A stretch of DNA of 64,000 nucleotides from the NCBI GenBank assembly GCA_947624565.1, contig CANQKX010000002.1:2059-66058 (forward strand), read 5' to 3'. Position numbers and translations under genes: made by a program. The DNA comes from an uncultured Bacilli bacterium (lineage in GTDB: Bacteria; Bacillota_I; Bacilli_A; RF39; UBA660). This document shows, piece by piece, positions 11,220 through 21,194 of this stretch. Below the pieces are notes generated by a model, which did not search any database, was not told where the DNA came from, and saw only the letters and a list, made by a program, of their open reading frames with translations. Within the stretch, counting starts at the first letter, position 1; the number at the start of each line of letters is the position of its first letter.

Positions 11220-12614
11220 ATGGAAAAAGTTGATTTGGAAAATGAAAAAATTTCTAAATTAATTAAAAAATTTGCAATACCATGTGTTATTAGTATGATA
11301 GTTGCAGCCTTATATAATATTGTTGATCAAATATTTATAGGTTGGAGTGATGCAGGTGCATATGGTAATGCAGCAACAAATATTGTTTATCCATTTACAG
11401 TAATTGCTCTTGCATTTGCACTTTTAGTAGGTGATGGATCTGCAGCATTATTTAATTTATCATTAGGAGCAAAGAATAAAGAAACAGCAAATAAATCGAT
11501 AGGTAATGGAGTAATATTATTAATTATTGTATCCATAGCATTAACAATTATAGGCATTATTTTTAATAATCAAATATTAAATATATTTGGGGGTAATCCA
11601 AAAGAAATAAAGTGTTATAATTATGCAAAAGATTATTTAAAAATAATATGTTATGGATTACCTTTTTATATAATTGGTCAAGGATTAAATGCTTCTATTA
11701 GAAGTGATGGCAGTCCTAAATATGCGATGTTTGCAACTTTAATAGGTGCAATATCAAATATAATTTTAGATTCAATATTTATATTTGCATTTAAAATGAG
11801 TGTTAAAGGAGCAGCAATTGCAACTATAATTGGTCAAATTTTAACTTTTGTAGTAAGTATTTTATATTTAAAAAAATCTAAATTATTTATAATTAATAAA
11901 GAATCAATAAAATTAAATAATAAAATATGTAAAAAATTAATATTATTAGGCTTGTCATCTTTAATTACGCAACTTGCTATAGTAATTATAATATCAGTTA
12001 CAAATAATTTAGTAAGTAAATATGGATATTCTACAATATCTTCAACAGGTAAGCCTTATGGAGTAGTTACGCCACTTGCAGTTATTGGAATATGTATGAA
12101 AGTTTTTGGTATAGTAGTTTCTATAATAATTGGTGTATCATTAGGTGGTATGCCAATTATTGGCTATAATATGGGAGCACATAATATTAAAAGAGTTAAG
12201 GAAGTAATAAAATATATATTAATTATTAATTTAATTATTGGATCAATAGCATTTATACTATTTGAATTTTTTCCAACATTTATTATAAATATTTTTGGTA
12301 ACCAAAATTCAATTGAATACACAGAATATGCTAAATATTGTTTAAATATATTTTTAGGTGGAATTATATTAACTTGTTTGATTAAATCTATATCTATAAT
12401 ATTACAATCAATGGGATCAAGTTTAAAATCTACTTTACTAGCACTATCAAGAGATGTATTTTTCTTTGTTCCATCAATTATAATAATTGCAATTATATCA
12501 AATAGTGTAGTAACAATGTTATTTAGTGCAATAATATCTGATGTTCTAGCATTTATTATAGGAATAGTATTGTTAAAAAGCGAAATTAAAAAAATAGGAG
12601 GAGAAAATGTATAA
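11220..12614 (+). CDS. MATE family efflux transporter
   Basis: 464 aa with about 12 TM segments and a typical MATE N-terminus (IPCVISMIVAALYNIVDQIFIG). Confidence 0.75.
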   Translation: MEKVDLENEKISKLIKKFAIPCVISMIVAALYNIVDQIFIGWSDAGAYGNAATNIVYPFTVIALAFALLVGDGSAALFNLSLGAKNKETANKSIGNGVILLIIVSIALTIIGIIFNNQILNIFGGNPKEIKCYNYAKDYLKIICYGLPFYIIGQGLNASIRSDGSPKYAMFATLIGAISNIILDSIFIFAFKMSVKGAAIATIIGQILTFVVSILYLKKSKLFIINKESIKLNNKICKKLILLGLSSLITQLAIVIIISVTNNLVSKYGYSTISSTGKPYGVVTPLAVIGICMKVFGIVVSIIIGVSLGGMPIIGYNMGAHNIKRVKEVIKYILIINLIIGSIAFILFEFFPTFIINIFGNQNSIEYTEYAKYCLNIFLGGIILTCLIKSISIILQSMGSSLKSTLLALSRDVFFFVPSIIIIAIISNSVVTMLFSAIISDVLAFIIGIVLLKSEIKKIGGENV

Positions 12615-13101
12615 AGTAAATGATTATGTTGTATATAAAAAAGATGTTTGCAAAATAAGAGAAATAAAGAAAAATCAAATGAATGGTAAAGATTATTATA
12701 TTTTATCTCCAATTGATGATCAATCATTAATTATTGGAATTCCAATTGATAATAAAATAGATTATTTAAAAAGTGTAATGACTAAAAAAGAAGCATATGA
12801 TTTGATAAATAAAATTCCTAATATAGAACCATTAAAGAATATTGATGATAGATATATTGAAAAATCATATAAAGAATTATTATTAAGTGGAACTCATGAA
12901 GATTTAATAAAAATTATAAAAACTACTTATTTAAGAAATAATGATAGATTAAAAAATAATAGAAAAATTAGTGAAAAAGATAGTAACTATTTTAAACAAG
13001 CAGAAAAATATTTATATAATGAAATTTCAGTTTCATTAAATATGACTTTTGATGAAACAAAAGCCTATATAATTAAAAAGGTACAAGAATTAATAAAATA
13101 A
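12607..13101 (+). CDS. CarD/CdnL/TRCF-family RNA-polymerase-interacting domain protein
   Basis: N-terminal YKVNDYVVYKKDVCKIREIK...YYIL resembles the CarD-like Tudor domain, with a helical C-terminus. Overlaps the MATE gene stop. Confidence 0.45.
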   Translation: MYKVNDYVVYKKDVCKIREIKKNQMNGKDYYILSPIDDQSLIIGIPIDNKIDYLKSVMTKKEAYDLINKIPNIEPLKNIDDRYIEKSYKELLLSGTHEDLIKIIKTTYLRNNDRLKNNRKISEKDSNYFKQAEKYLYNEISVSLNMTFDETKAYIIKKVQELIK

Positions 13102-13119
13102 GTTAAGATAAATTATAAA

Positions 13120-13142
13120 GCAGGAACAAATTCCTGTTTTTC
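13120..13142 (+). terminator. rho-independent terminator
   Basis: caggaa-caaa-ttcctg hairpin followed by TTTTT. Confidence 0.6.
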
Positions 13143-13301
13143 TATGATATAATAAATTAGTAGTAAGAAGTTGATAAAGATAAAACAAATATTAACTTGT
13201 ATATATCAATTTATGAAAAAAATACTAGAAAACCATTGTAAGTAAAAATTTGATATAATTACGGAATATGGTAAATTTTGGTAGAATTGAAGGTGGATTT
13301 T

Positions 13302-13952
13302 TTGAAAATAGAAGATTTAAAAAAAGAATATGATAAAATGCAAGTCAAATATGGTGCTAAAGAATTAGATTCTATTTATAATGGTGGATGTGAGAAAAAT
13401 CCTGATATTTGTTTTGTTTTTATGAATCCTACTGGTAAAAATATTGCAAGTAATAAATCATGGAAAGGTAGAAAATCTCCATGGCTTGGAACTAAAAATA
13501 TATGGAAGTTATTTTATAAAGTTAATTTATTAAGCGAAGATATATTTAACAAAATTCAAGAAAAGAAACCAAAAGATTGGAATTATGAATTTTGTGATAA
13601 TGTTTATGAAGAAATCACAAATAATAAAATATTTATTACTAATTTAGGAAAATGTACACAAATAGATGCAAGACCTTTATCAGATGATGTATTAAAAAAA
13701 TATCTTGATTTATTATTTAAAGAAATTGATATAATAAAACCAAAGGTGATTATTACTTTTGGAAATCAAGTTAGTTCTATTATTTTAAATAAAAAGATTT
13801 CAGTATCTGAAAATAGAAAAATATGTCACAAAATAAAAATTAATGAAAATATATATAATGTTTATCCTGTTTATTATCCAGTAGGTAATGGTATATTCAA
13901 TATGGATAAATCAATAGAAGATATTAACTGGATAATTAATGCATTAAAATAA
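13302..13952 (+). CDS. uracil-DNA glycosylase superfamily (family 4/5-like) protein
   Basis: FVFMNPTGKN (a variant of the GEAPG motif)...WLGTKNIW...ITNLGKCTQ...ITFGNQVSS layout. The ORF is listed from 13278 (TTG); the TTG at 13302 has an aggtgg RBS. Confidence 0.4.
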   Translation: MKIEDLKKEYDKMQVKYGAKELDSIYNGGCEKNPDICFVFMNPTGKNIASNKSWKGRKSPWLGTKNIWKLFYKVNLLSEDIFNKIQEKKPKDWNYEFCDNVYEEITNNKIFITNLGKCTQIDARPLSDDVLKKYLDLLFKEIDIIKPKVIITFGNQVSSIILNKKISVSENRKICHKIKINENIYNVYPVYYPVGNGIFNMDKSIEDINWIINALK

Positions 13953-14023
13953 AAGAATACAAAAATTAAATTAAAGTTTTTCAAATAAGTTAGATTAAAA
14001 TGTTTATAGAATGTGAGGTAAAA

Positions 14024-14614
14024 ATGAATATAATAGAGTTTAATAAAAAAAATATAGTTAATTATTTGAATGAAAAAAATATTGATATTGGAAATATAGA
14101 AGAAATATTTAGTAAAATGAAAATAGAAGTTGGTAAAAGAAGAAGTAGTCCATATGCTTGTATTGATCAAGAAGATTCATATAAAATGATAATAAGTGAA
14201 GATATACCTGAAGAAGAAAGATATAAATGGCTAAATCATGAAATGATACATGTAATATCCAATAATCAACCAACGGTTAATGAAACTAATGTAGGTGGAA
14301 TTATTGTTGAAGATAAAGAAAAAGATATTTGGATAGGACAATATTTAAATGAAGCTATTACAGAATATATTAATCAACAAATAATAAAAGATAAATATAG
14401 TAATTACTATGATAGGTATTTAGAGGCATTGGATTATATTTTAAAAATTGTTGGTGAAGATGTAGTCATAAAATCATATTTTACTAATAATTTAAACATG
14501 TTAGTAAATAGCTTGTTAGAAAAAACAGGTAAAACTAAAACAGAAATATTAAAATATATAAATTCTATTGATTATCTATACGACAATGATGAATATAATG
14601 CTAAATTATTATAA
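14024..14614 (+). CDS. hypothetical protein with an HExxH motif (WLNHEMIHVI)
   Basis: ORF with a gaggt RBS before the ATG at 14024. The motif resembles the one in the first CDS of the window. Confidence 0.4.
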   Translation: MNIIEFNKKNIVNYLNEKNIDIGNIEEIFSKMKIEVGKRRSSPYACIDQEDSYKMIISEDIPEEERYKWLNHEMIHVISNNQPTVNETNVGGIIVEDKEKDIWIGQYLNEAITEYINQQIIKDKYSNYYDRYLEALDYILKIVGEDVVIKSYFTNNLNMLVNSLLEKTGKTKTEILKYINSIDYLYDNDEYNAKLL

Positions 14615-14916
14615 ATATGAAAAAATTTCAAATGAAGTATAAATATAATTTTGAAAAAATTCAAAAAAAATTAAATAGATGTAAAAATATGCAACTAGAA
14701 GATGTAACTTTAGATGATGTAGATGAAATAAGTTATATAAAAATAGATAGAAGAAAATAAGTAATGAAAGAATATTAGATTTTATTATGAAATTAAAGAA
14801 TACTTATATATTTAAGGTAAATGGGAGATTAGTTAGAATATATAGATAAAACTTATGATGATTACCTAACTAATGTTTTAAAGAATTTGTATAAGTATTT
14901 TGGGGAGAATGAAATT

Positions 14917-16083
14917 ATGATAGATATAAAATATAAAAATATATATGATAAATTTGTTGAGCACTATAAAAATACACATGTTAATCCATGGCATGAAATA
15001 AGTAAATATCAATTAGAACAGTTGTATAATAATTTAATTGATTCTATGGATGTCGATAATGAATACAATTTTAAATATTTCATGGATTATATTATAAAAA
15101 GATTGAGTGGGGAAACAGATGCGCATACCAAATATGATGCAGTATCTTTAATTCCTATGAATTTTAGGATGTTTGATAATGAAATATTAGTTAATTATCC
15201 AGATAATTTAAGAAATAGTAGATTATTATCTATCAATGGTATAAATATAAATATAATAATCAGTGAGTTAGAAGAAGTTATTACTTATGGTACTATTGGA
15301 AAAAGAAGATATGAACTAGAAAAATCACTATTTAATAGATATATATTATTTGGTCTTCCACATTTTAGAAATACGGATGAATTAATTTTTGAAATAGAAA
15401 AAGTTGATGGTCAAAAAATAATAAAAAAATTCAATAAAAGTGAAAACTATTCTGAAGAAGAATTGTTCGATTACAATAATTATCGCTATGGAGATAATGC
15501 AACATACAAAATTATCGATAATTGTCTAATTTATAATCATAGTTCTGTTAAAGAAAGATTTAAAGAAAAAATAGAGGATGCTATTGATAACTTAAAACAA
15601 GAGGATTTATCTCATATAGATACAATTATTATAGATATTAGAGGCAATACAGGTGGTAACTCTACTTTAAATAAAATATTAATGGACTTTGTTGAAGAGC
15701 ATAAAGATAAAAAACTAATATGTTTAACTGATTATAGAGTTTTTTCTGGTGGAAGATATGCGTTAAGAGATTTAATTAATTTAGGAGCAACTACGATTGG
15801 TGAAGAAATAGGTACGCCAATAAACTGTTATGGTAATAGTAATTGGATTAACATAGATGGACGTTATTTTTCAGTATCAGAATGTTATTTTCATCCATTT
15901 TTAGGATGGAGTGCTTCTTCGAAAGAAGAATTTCAAAAAGAAGCAAATGATGAAGTGCTTTTGCCATATATATTTAAACCTGATATTTTAATTGAAACCA
16001 AAAAAGAGGATTATATACAAAATATAGATACAATTTTAAATTATTCAATAGATTATAGTAAAAATAAAATAAAAAGGAAGTGA
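14917..16083 (+). CDS. S41-family peptidase (C-terminal processing peptidase-like) without a signal peptide
   Basis: The IIIDIRGNTGGNS motif is characteristic of S41 peptidases. Start placed at the ATG after a ggggag RBS (the ORF is listed from a TTG at 14887). Confidence 0.55.
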   Translation: MIDIKYKNIYDKFVEHYKNTHVNPWHEISKYQLEQLYNNLIDSMDVDNEYNFKYFMDYIIKRLSGETDAHTKYDAVSLIPMNFRMFDNEILVNYPDNLRNSRLLSINGININIIISELEEVITYGTIGKRRYELEKSLFNRYILFGLPHFRNTDELIFEIEKVDGQKIIKKFNKSENYSEEELFDYNNYRYGDNATYKIIDNCLIYNHSSVKERFKEKIEDAIDNLKQEDLSHIDTIIIDIRGNTGGNSTLNKILMDFVEEHKDKKLICLTDYRVFSGGRYALRDLINLGATTIGEEIGTPINCYGNSNWINIDGRYFSVSECYFHPFLGWSASSKEEFQKEANDEVLLPYIFKPDILIETKKEDYIQNIDTILNYSIDYSKNKIKRK

Positions 16084-16088
16084 TTTAA

Positions 16089-16655
16089 ATGGATATAGTA
16101 AATCAAGTTGAAAAAGAAGTAAGAAAATATATTGAAGAATATAAAAATAATTCAGAAGATAATTACGATTTTTGGAATGAACATGTAAAATATGTATATA
16201 AAGAGTCTATTGATTTAGCAAAAAAATATAATGCTGATGAAGAAGTAGTACGATTAGGAGCTTTATTACATGATATTGCTTTAATTCGTCAAGTAGGAGA
16301 TAAGAAAGACCATCATATAAATGGAAAGATAATTGCAGAAGAAATATTATCTAAATATTTATATCCAGTGGATAAAATGAATAGAGTATTGAACTGTATT
16401 TATAATCATAGAAGCAGTAAAAATGGAACTACTTTAGAAGAGTTGTGTGTAGCAGATGCAGATATTTTAGCACATTTCGATAATATTTCAATGTTGTTTA
16501 ATTTAGCTTATAATAGATACAACATTAATTTAAATGAAGTTAGAGAGTGGATGAGAAATGCTTTTGAAAAAGACTATAATGATTTAAGTGAAAAAACAAA
16601 AGAAAGTTTTAAAGAAAAATACACTCAGATTTGTAAAATAGTACTAGGTGATTAA
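16089..16655 (+). CDS. HD-domain protein
   Basis: LGALLHDIAL...H HD motif; 188 aa. Confidence 0.55.
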   Translation: MDIVNQVEKEVRKYIEEYKNNSEDNYDFWNEHVKYVYKESIDLAKKYNADEEVVRLGALLHDIALIRQVGDKKDHHINGKIIAEEILSKYLYPVDKMNRVLNCIYNHRSSKNGTTLEELCVADADILAHFDNISMLFNLAYNRYNINLNEVREWMRNAFEKDYNDLSEKTKESFKEKYTQICKIVLGD

Positions 16656-16682
16656 TTAATAATTTATAAGGAAGTGATAATA

Positions 16683-17546
16683 ATGGAAAATCGACAAAAT
16701 CAGGCAAACATCAACTGGTATCCAGGTCATATGGCAAAGACAAGAAGAGAGATAAAAGAAAAGATAGATTTAATAGATATAGTTTATGAAGTAATAGATG
16801 CAAGAATTCCTATATCTTCAAAAATAAAAGATATAGATGATTTAGTAAAAAATAAACCTAGAATATTAATAATGACTAAAACTGATTTATGTGATATAAA
16901 TAAGACAAATAAACATGTAAAATACTATGAGAGTTTAGGATATAAAGTAGTATTAGTTGATTTAGTAAATAATAAAAATGTTGATAAGATAAAGATAGTT
17001 ACTGAAAATGTATTAAAAGAAATAAATGAAAAAAGAGAGTCAAAAGGATTAAAAGTTAGAACAGCAAGGGCTCTTATAATTGGAATACCAAATGTTGGTA
17101 AATCAACTTTAATCAATCGTTTATCAGGTAAAAAAGTTGTAAATGTAGGTGATAAACCTGGAGTTACAAAACAACTTAGTTGGATAAGAATTAGTAAAGA
17201 TGTAGATTTAATGGATACACCTGGAATATTATGGCCTAAGATAGATAATGAAATTCAGGCAATTAATTTGGCATGTTTTTCAGCAATTAAAGAAGAAATA
17301 ATTCCAACAGATGAAATTGCTTGTTATATTCTTAAATATATGTTTAAAAATTATAAAGAAAATGTAAAACAAAGATATGGTGTTACATCAATGGATTTTG
17401 ATGATTTTACAGATGTATATGAATTAATTGGAAGAAAAAGGGGTTGCATTTTAAAAGGAAATGAAGTAGACTATGATAAGGTATCAAATATTATTATTAA
17501 AGATTTAAAAGAAGGATACTTAGGTAAGGTAACATTTGATGATTAA
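16683..17546 (+). CDS. rbgA: ribosome biogenesis GTPase A (YlqF/RbgA)
   Basis: Circularly permuted GTPase: G4 (MTKTDL) lies before G1 (GIPNVGKST), and WYPGHM is at the N-terminus. Confidence 0.85.
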   Translation: MENRQNQANINWYPGHMAKTRREIKEKIDLIDIVYEVIDARIPISSKIKDIDDLVKNKPRILIMTKTDLCDINKTNKHVKYYESLGYKVVLVDLVNNKNVDKIKIVTENVLKEINEKRESKGLKVRTARALIIGIPNVGKSTLINRLSGKKVVNVGDKPGVTKQLSWIRISKDVDLMDTPGILWPKIDNEIQAINLACFSAIKEEIIPTDEIACYILKYMFKNYKENVKQRYGVTSMDFDDFTDVYELIGRKRGCILKGNEVDYDKVSNIIIKDLKEGYLGKVTFDD

Positions 17547-18177
17547 TATGACTGAATATGAAGAAAATTTAAATAAACAAGGATATAATTATATTGGTGG
17601 ATGCGATGAAGCAGGTCGTGGTCCACTAGTTGGTCCTGTTGTGGCAGGTTGTGTAGTTTTTCCAAAAGGATATAAAAATGATTTAATAAATGATTCAAAG
17701 AAATTATCTGAAAAGAAAAGAGAAAAACTATATGATATAATTATAAAAGATGCACTAAGTTATGGAATTGGAATTGTATCTGCTAAAGAAATAGATGAAA
17801 TAAATATACTTGAAGCATCAAGAAAAGCAATGATACTTGCTTATAATGAGGCATCAAAAAAAATAAATATAGATTATTTACTTACAGATGCGATGAAAAT
17901 AAATACACTTGATATACCTGTTTTAGATATAATAAAAGGAGATTCAAAGAGTGTATCTGTTGCGGCAGCATCTATACTTGCTAAGGTAACAAGAGATAAT
18001 ATATTATATGAACTTGATAAAAAGTATCCAGAGTATGAATTTAGAAATCATAAAGGATATCCAACAAAAAGACATTTAGAACTTCTAGAAAAATATGGAG
18101 TATTTGATGAATATAGAATGACATATAAACCTGTAAAAAATATAATTGATAGGGGAATATTTAGAAAAAAGAGTTAA
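17539..18177 (+). CDS. rnhB: ribonuclease HII
   Basis: IGGCDEAGRGPLVGPVV catalytic motif. Confidence 0.85.
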   Translation: MINMTEYEENLNKQGYNYIGGCDEAGRGPLVGPVVAGCVVFPKGYKNDLINDSKKLSEKKREKLYDIIIKDALSYGIGIVSAKEIDEINILEASRKAMILAYNEASKKINIDYLLTDAMKINTLDIPVLDIIKGDSKSVSVAAASILAKVTRDNILYELDKKYPEYEFRNHKGYPTKRHLELLEKYGVFDEYRMTYKPVKNIIDRGIFRKKS

Positions 18178-18202
18178 TAATATATTAGAAAGGATTGATT
18201 AT

Positions 18203-20233
18203 ATGAGCAAAAATTTAGTTATAGTTGAATCACCAGCCAAAAGTAAAACTATAGAAAAATATTTAGGTGATGGTTATAAAGTATTATCATCTAAAGGACA
18301 TATTAGAGATTTAGCGACTTCTGGTAAATATGGGTTTGGTGTTGATATTGAAAATGGATTTAAACCTACATATGAACCAATTAAAGGTAAGAAGAAAGAT
18401 ATATCAGCATTAAAAAAAGAAGTAGAAAAAGCAGATAAAGTTTATCTAGCAACCGATCCTGATAGAGAAGGAGAAGCTATAAGTTGGCATTTAAAAGATG
18501 CACTTGATATAAAAGATGATGAATATGAGAGAATTGTATTTAATGAAATAACTAAAGATGCAGTAGTAAATTCTTTTAAAAATGCAAGAAAAATAGATGA
18601 TTTAATGGTTAGAAGTCAAGAGACAAGAAGAATACTTGATAGAATAATTGGTTTTAGATTAAGTAAACTTATGCAATCTAAAACAGGTGGTAAGAGTGCT
18701 GGTAGAGTTCAATCTGTTGCTTTAAAATTAATAGTAGATAGAGAAAAAGAAATACAAAAGTTTATACCTGAAGAATATTGGACAATAAAAGCAATATTTC
18801 CAAATTTTGATGCAACTTTGTTTGGGTATAAAGATGATAAAAAATTAGAGATAAAAAATGAACTTGAATCTCAAGAAATAGTTAATAAACTTTCTAATAG
18901 TTATAAAATAGAATCAGTAGAAAAGAAAAATAAAAATAAATCATCAAAACCTGTATTTATAACTAGTACAATGCAGCAAGAAGCAGCTAATAAACTAAAT
19001 TTTTCTTCAAAAAAAACTATGAGTGTTGCTCAAAAGTTGTATGAAGGTATTAATATAGGAAAAGAAACTGTAGGTTTAATTACTTATATGAGAACTGATT
19101 CTACGCGTTTATCTAATGAATTCATAAATAGTGCATTAAAATATATTGAAGTAAATTATGGTAAAGAATATGTAGGAACAGTAAAAAAACAAAAGAAAAC
19201 TGAAAATGTTCAAGATGCTCATGAAGGTATTAGACCAACAAGTATACTTAGAACTCCAGAAAGCATTAAAGAATATTTAACAAACGATGAATATAAATTA
19301 TATAAATTAATATATTATAGAGCACTTTCATCACTAATGAAAGAATCTAAACAACAATTAACTTCAGTAGTTCTTGATAATAATAACTATAAATTTAAAA
19401 TTACAGGAACAATTACTACATTTGATGGTTATTTAAAAGTATATAAAGAATATGAAAAACAAGAAGATAATATATTACCTGATTTTTCTAAATATAATTC
19501 AAGTGTAATAATAACTGATAATATAGAACAAAAACAACATTTTACAGAGCCACCAGCAAGATATACTGAGTCATCACTAATCAAAGAAATGGAAAAATTA
19601 GGTATAGGTAGACCATCTACATATGCAACTACAATTAGTACAATAATTGATAGAGGATATGTAAATATTACTGATAAAAAATTTTTCCCAAGTGAAATAG
19701 GTATTCAGACAACTGATAAATTACAAGAATTTTTTAGTAATTTAATCAATGTAAAATATACTGCAAAGATGGAAGAAGATTTAGATAATATTGCATCAGG
19801 TGAGGTAATATGGAATGAATTATTAGAAGAATTTTATAAGGAGTTTGAACCTATGGTTAAAGATGCATTTGATAATATGGAGAAAAAAGAACCTGAAAAA
19901 ACTGGTGAAACATGTCCAGAATGTGGTAAAGATTTAGTAAAAAGAAATGGTAGATATGGAGAATTTATCGCATGTTCTAATTATCCTGAATGTAAATATA
20001 TTAAAAAAGAAGAAAAGAAAATTATAGAAGTATGTGATTGCATTAAATGTGGAAGTAAAATAGTAGAAAGAAAGACTAAAAAAGGTAAAATTTTCTATGG
20101 ATGTTCTAATTTTCCAAAATGTAAAGAAGCATACTGGGATAAACCAACTGGTAAATTATGTCCAGAATGTAATAGTATGTTAGTTGAAAAGAAAGATGAA
20201 GTAAAATGTTCAGCATGCGATTATAAGGAATAG
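18203..20233 (+). CDS. topA: DNA topoisomerase I
   Basis: TOPRIM N-terminus (LVIVESPAKSKTIEKYLG), active-site region, and three C-terminal C4 zinc ribbons (CPECGK..., CDCIKCGS..., CPECNS...). The ORF is listed from 18146; the ATG at 18203 with an aaagga RBS is preferred. Confidence 0.9.
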   Translation: MSKNLVIVESPAKSKTIEKYLGDGYKVLSSKGHIRDLATSGKYGFGVDIENGFKPTYEPIKGKKKDISALKKEVEKADKVYLATDPDREGEAISWHLKDALDIKDDEYERIVFNEITKDAVVNSFKNARKIDDLMVRSQETRRILDRIIGFRLSKLMQSKTGGKSAGRVQSVALKLIVDREKEIQKFIPEEYWTIKAIFPNFDATLFGYKDDKKLEIKNELESQEIVNKLSNSYKIESVEKKNKNKSSKPVFITSTMQQEAANKLNFSSKKTMSVAQKLYEGINIGKETVGLITYMRTDSTRLSNEFINSALKYIEVNYGKEYVGTVKKQKKTENVQDAHEGIRPTSILRTPESIKEYLTNDEYKLYKLIYYRALSSLMKESKQQLTSVVLDNNNYKFKITGTITTFDGYLKVYKEYEKQEDNILPDFSKYNSSVIITDNIEQKQHFTEPPARYTESSLIKEMEKLGIGRPSTYATTISTIIDRGYVNITDKKFFPSEIGIQTTDKLQEFFSNLINVKYTAKMEEDLDNIASGEVIWNELLEEFYKEFEPMVKDAFDNMEKKEPEKTGETCPECGKDLVKRNGRYGEFIACSNYPECKYIKKEEKKIIEVCDCIKCGSKIVERKTKKGKIFYGCSNFPKCKEAYWDKPTGKLCPECNSMLVEKKDEVKCSACDYKE

Positions 20234-20250
20234 AAATATTCCTTATTTTA
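20224..20250 (+). terminator. rho-independent terminator overlapping the topA stop
   Basis: aaggaata-gaaa-tattcctt hairpin followed by a T-run. Confidence 0.6.
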
Positions 20251-20251
20251 T

Positions 20252-20280
20252 TTGACATATTAAAATATGATATGTATAAT
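20252..20280 (+). promoter_or_regulatory. consensus sigma-A promoter (TTGACA-17-TATAAT)
   Basis: TTGACA at 20252-20257, a 17-nt spacer, and TATAAT at 20275-20280 (TGtATAAT, extended -10-like). Confidence 0.55.
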
Positions 20281-20307
20281 ATGGTAAAAAAAGGGGGGTG
20301 TTTTATT

Positions 20308-20943
20308 TTGCTAAATAATTTTGAAGTAATTGAAGAAAGATATGATAAAGAATTTATAAATCGTTTAAGTAAAGAAAAATGTAGTAATATTAAAATTGGT
20401 AATATTTATTATGGTGGTATTCCTCTTAATATATTAGCGCTTTCTTATTATTTATGTAGGAAAAATTGTCATTTTATTGCTATACAACTATCTAGAGTAT
20501 TAGATGAATTTAACCTTGTTACAGGTAATGTTAGAGGAATGAATTATACAAAAGATGGAAATCATAGTTGGATAGAAACAAGAGATTGGGTAATAGATCA
20601 AACTTGTGGTTCTAAATATAAAATACCTTATTATTATGCAATTTTTGATCCTAAGGTAGTAAGTGTAATAAATCAAGATACATATTTTATGAATAATATT
20701 TATATGTATTATTTAACTCGTAATGATAAATATGATATAGATGAAAGAACTAATTTAGAATTAATATTTAAATTATTAGAATATTTAGAAAAATTAAAAC
20801 CTACTCCTAATGGTAAAAAATTATTTGAAGAAATAGAAAAATATAAAATTAAAAATCCATATAATGATAAATTATCAAATGAAACTATAAAAAAATATAT
20901 ATACAATGCCGCACCACAATGTTTACAAGGTATAAAATATTGA
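20308..20943 (+). CDS. transglutaminase-like cysteine peptidase superfamily protein
   Basis: Cys-His-Asp triad motifs in the canonical order and context: KNCHFIA (G-x-C-x-x-F-A), NHSWIE (H-x-W-x-E), and DWVIDQT. Start placed at the TTG at 20308 after a ggggggtg RBS; the listed ORF start at 20272 lies inside the promoter. Confidence 0.45.
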   Translation: MLNNFEVIEERYDKEFINRLSKEKCSNIKIGNIYYGGIPLNILALSYYLCRKNCHFIAIQLSRVLDEFNLVTGNVRGMNYTKDGNHSWIETRDWVIDQTCGSKYKIPYYYAIFDPKVVSVINQDTYFMNNIYMYYLTRNDKYDIDERTNLELIFKLLEYLEKLKPTPNGKKLFEEIEKYKIKNPYNDKLSNETIKKYIYNAAPQCLQGIKY

Positions 20944-20984
20944 CATAATTAAATAAAAAAAGTACAATAATAGTGTAAAAACGT

Positions 20985-21178
20985 TGATGAAAGAATAGTA
21001 ATAAGAAATATTTATTTAATAGAGAATCAGTATTTGGTGAAAACTGATAATAAATATTCTTACGAATCTACTTTCTAGTGCGACTAACAATCGCCGGATA
21101 AAACCGTTATTAAATTAAGTAAAACAAAGGATGGTACCGTCTTAAGACTCCTTATAGGTACTATCCTTTTATTTTTTA
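20985..21178 (+). promoter_or_regulatory. T-box riboswitch leader of serS
   Basis: AGAGA box at about 21022, the conserved T-box sequence AAGGATGGTACCG at 21127-21139, and an overlapping terminator (aaggatggtacc...ggtactatcctt followed by a T-run) directly upstream of serS. Confidence 0.6.
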
Positions 21179-21194
21179 GAAAGGAACTGATAAT

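Noticed and set aside
12164-12727. 187-aa minus-strand ORF inside the MATE gene
   Set aside because: Antisense to a well-supported transporter gene, with hydrophobic low-complexity translation.
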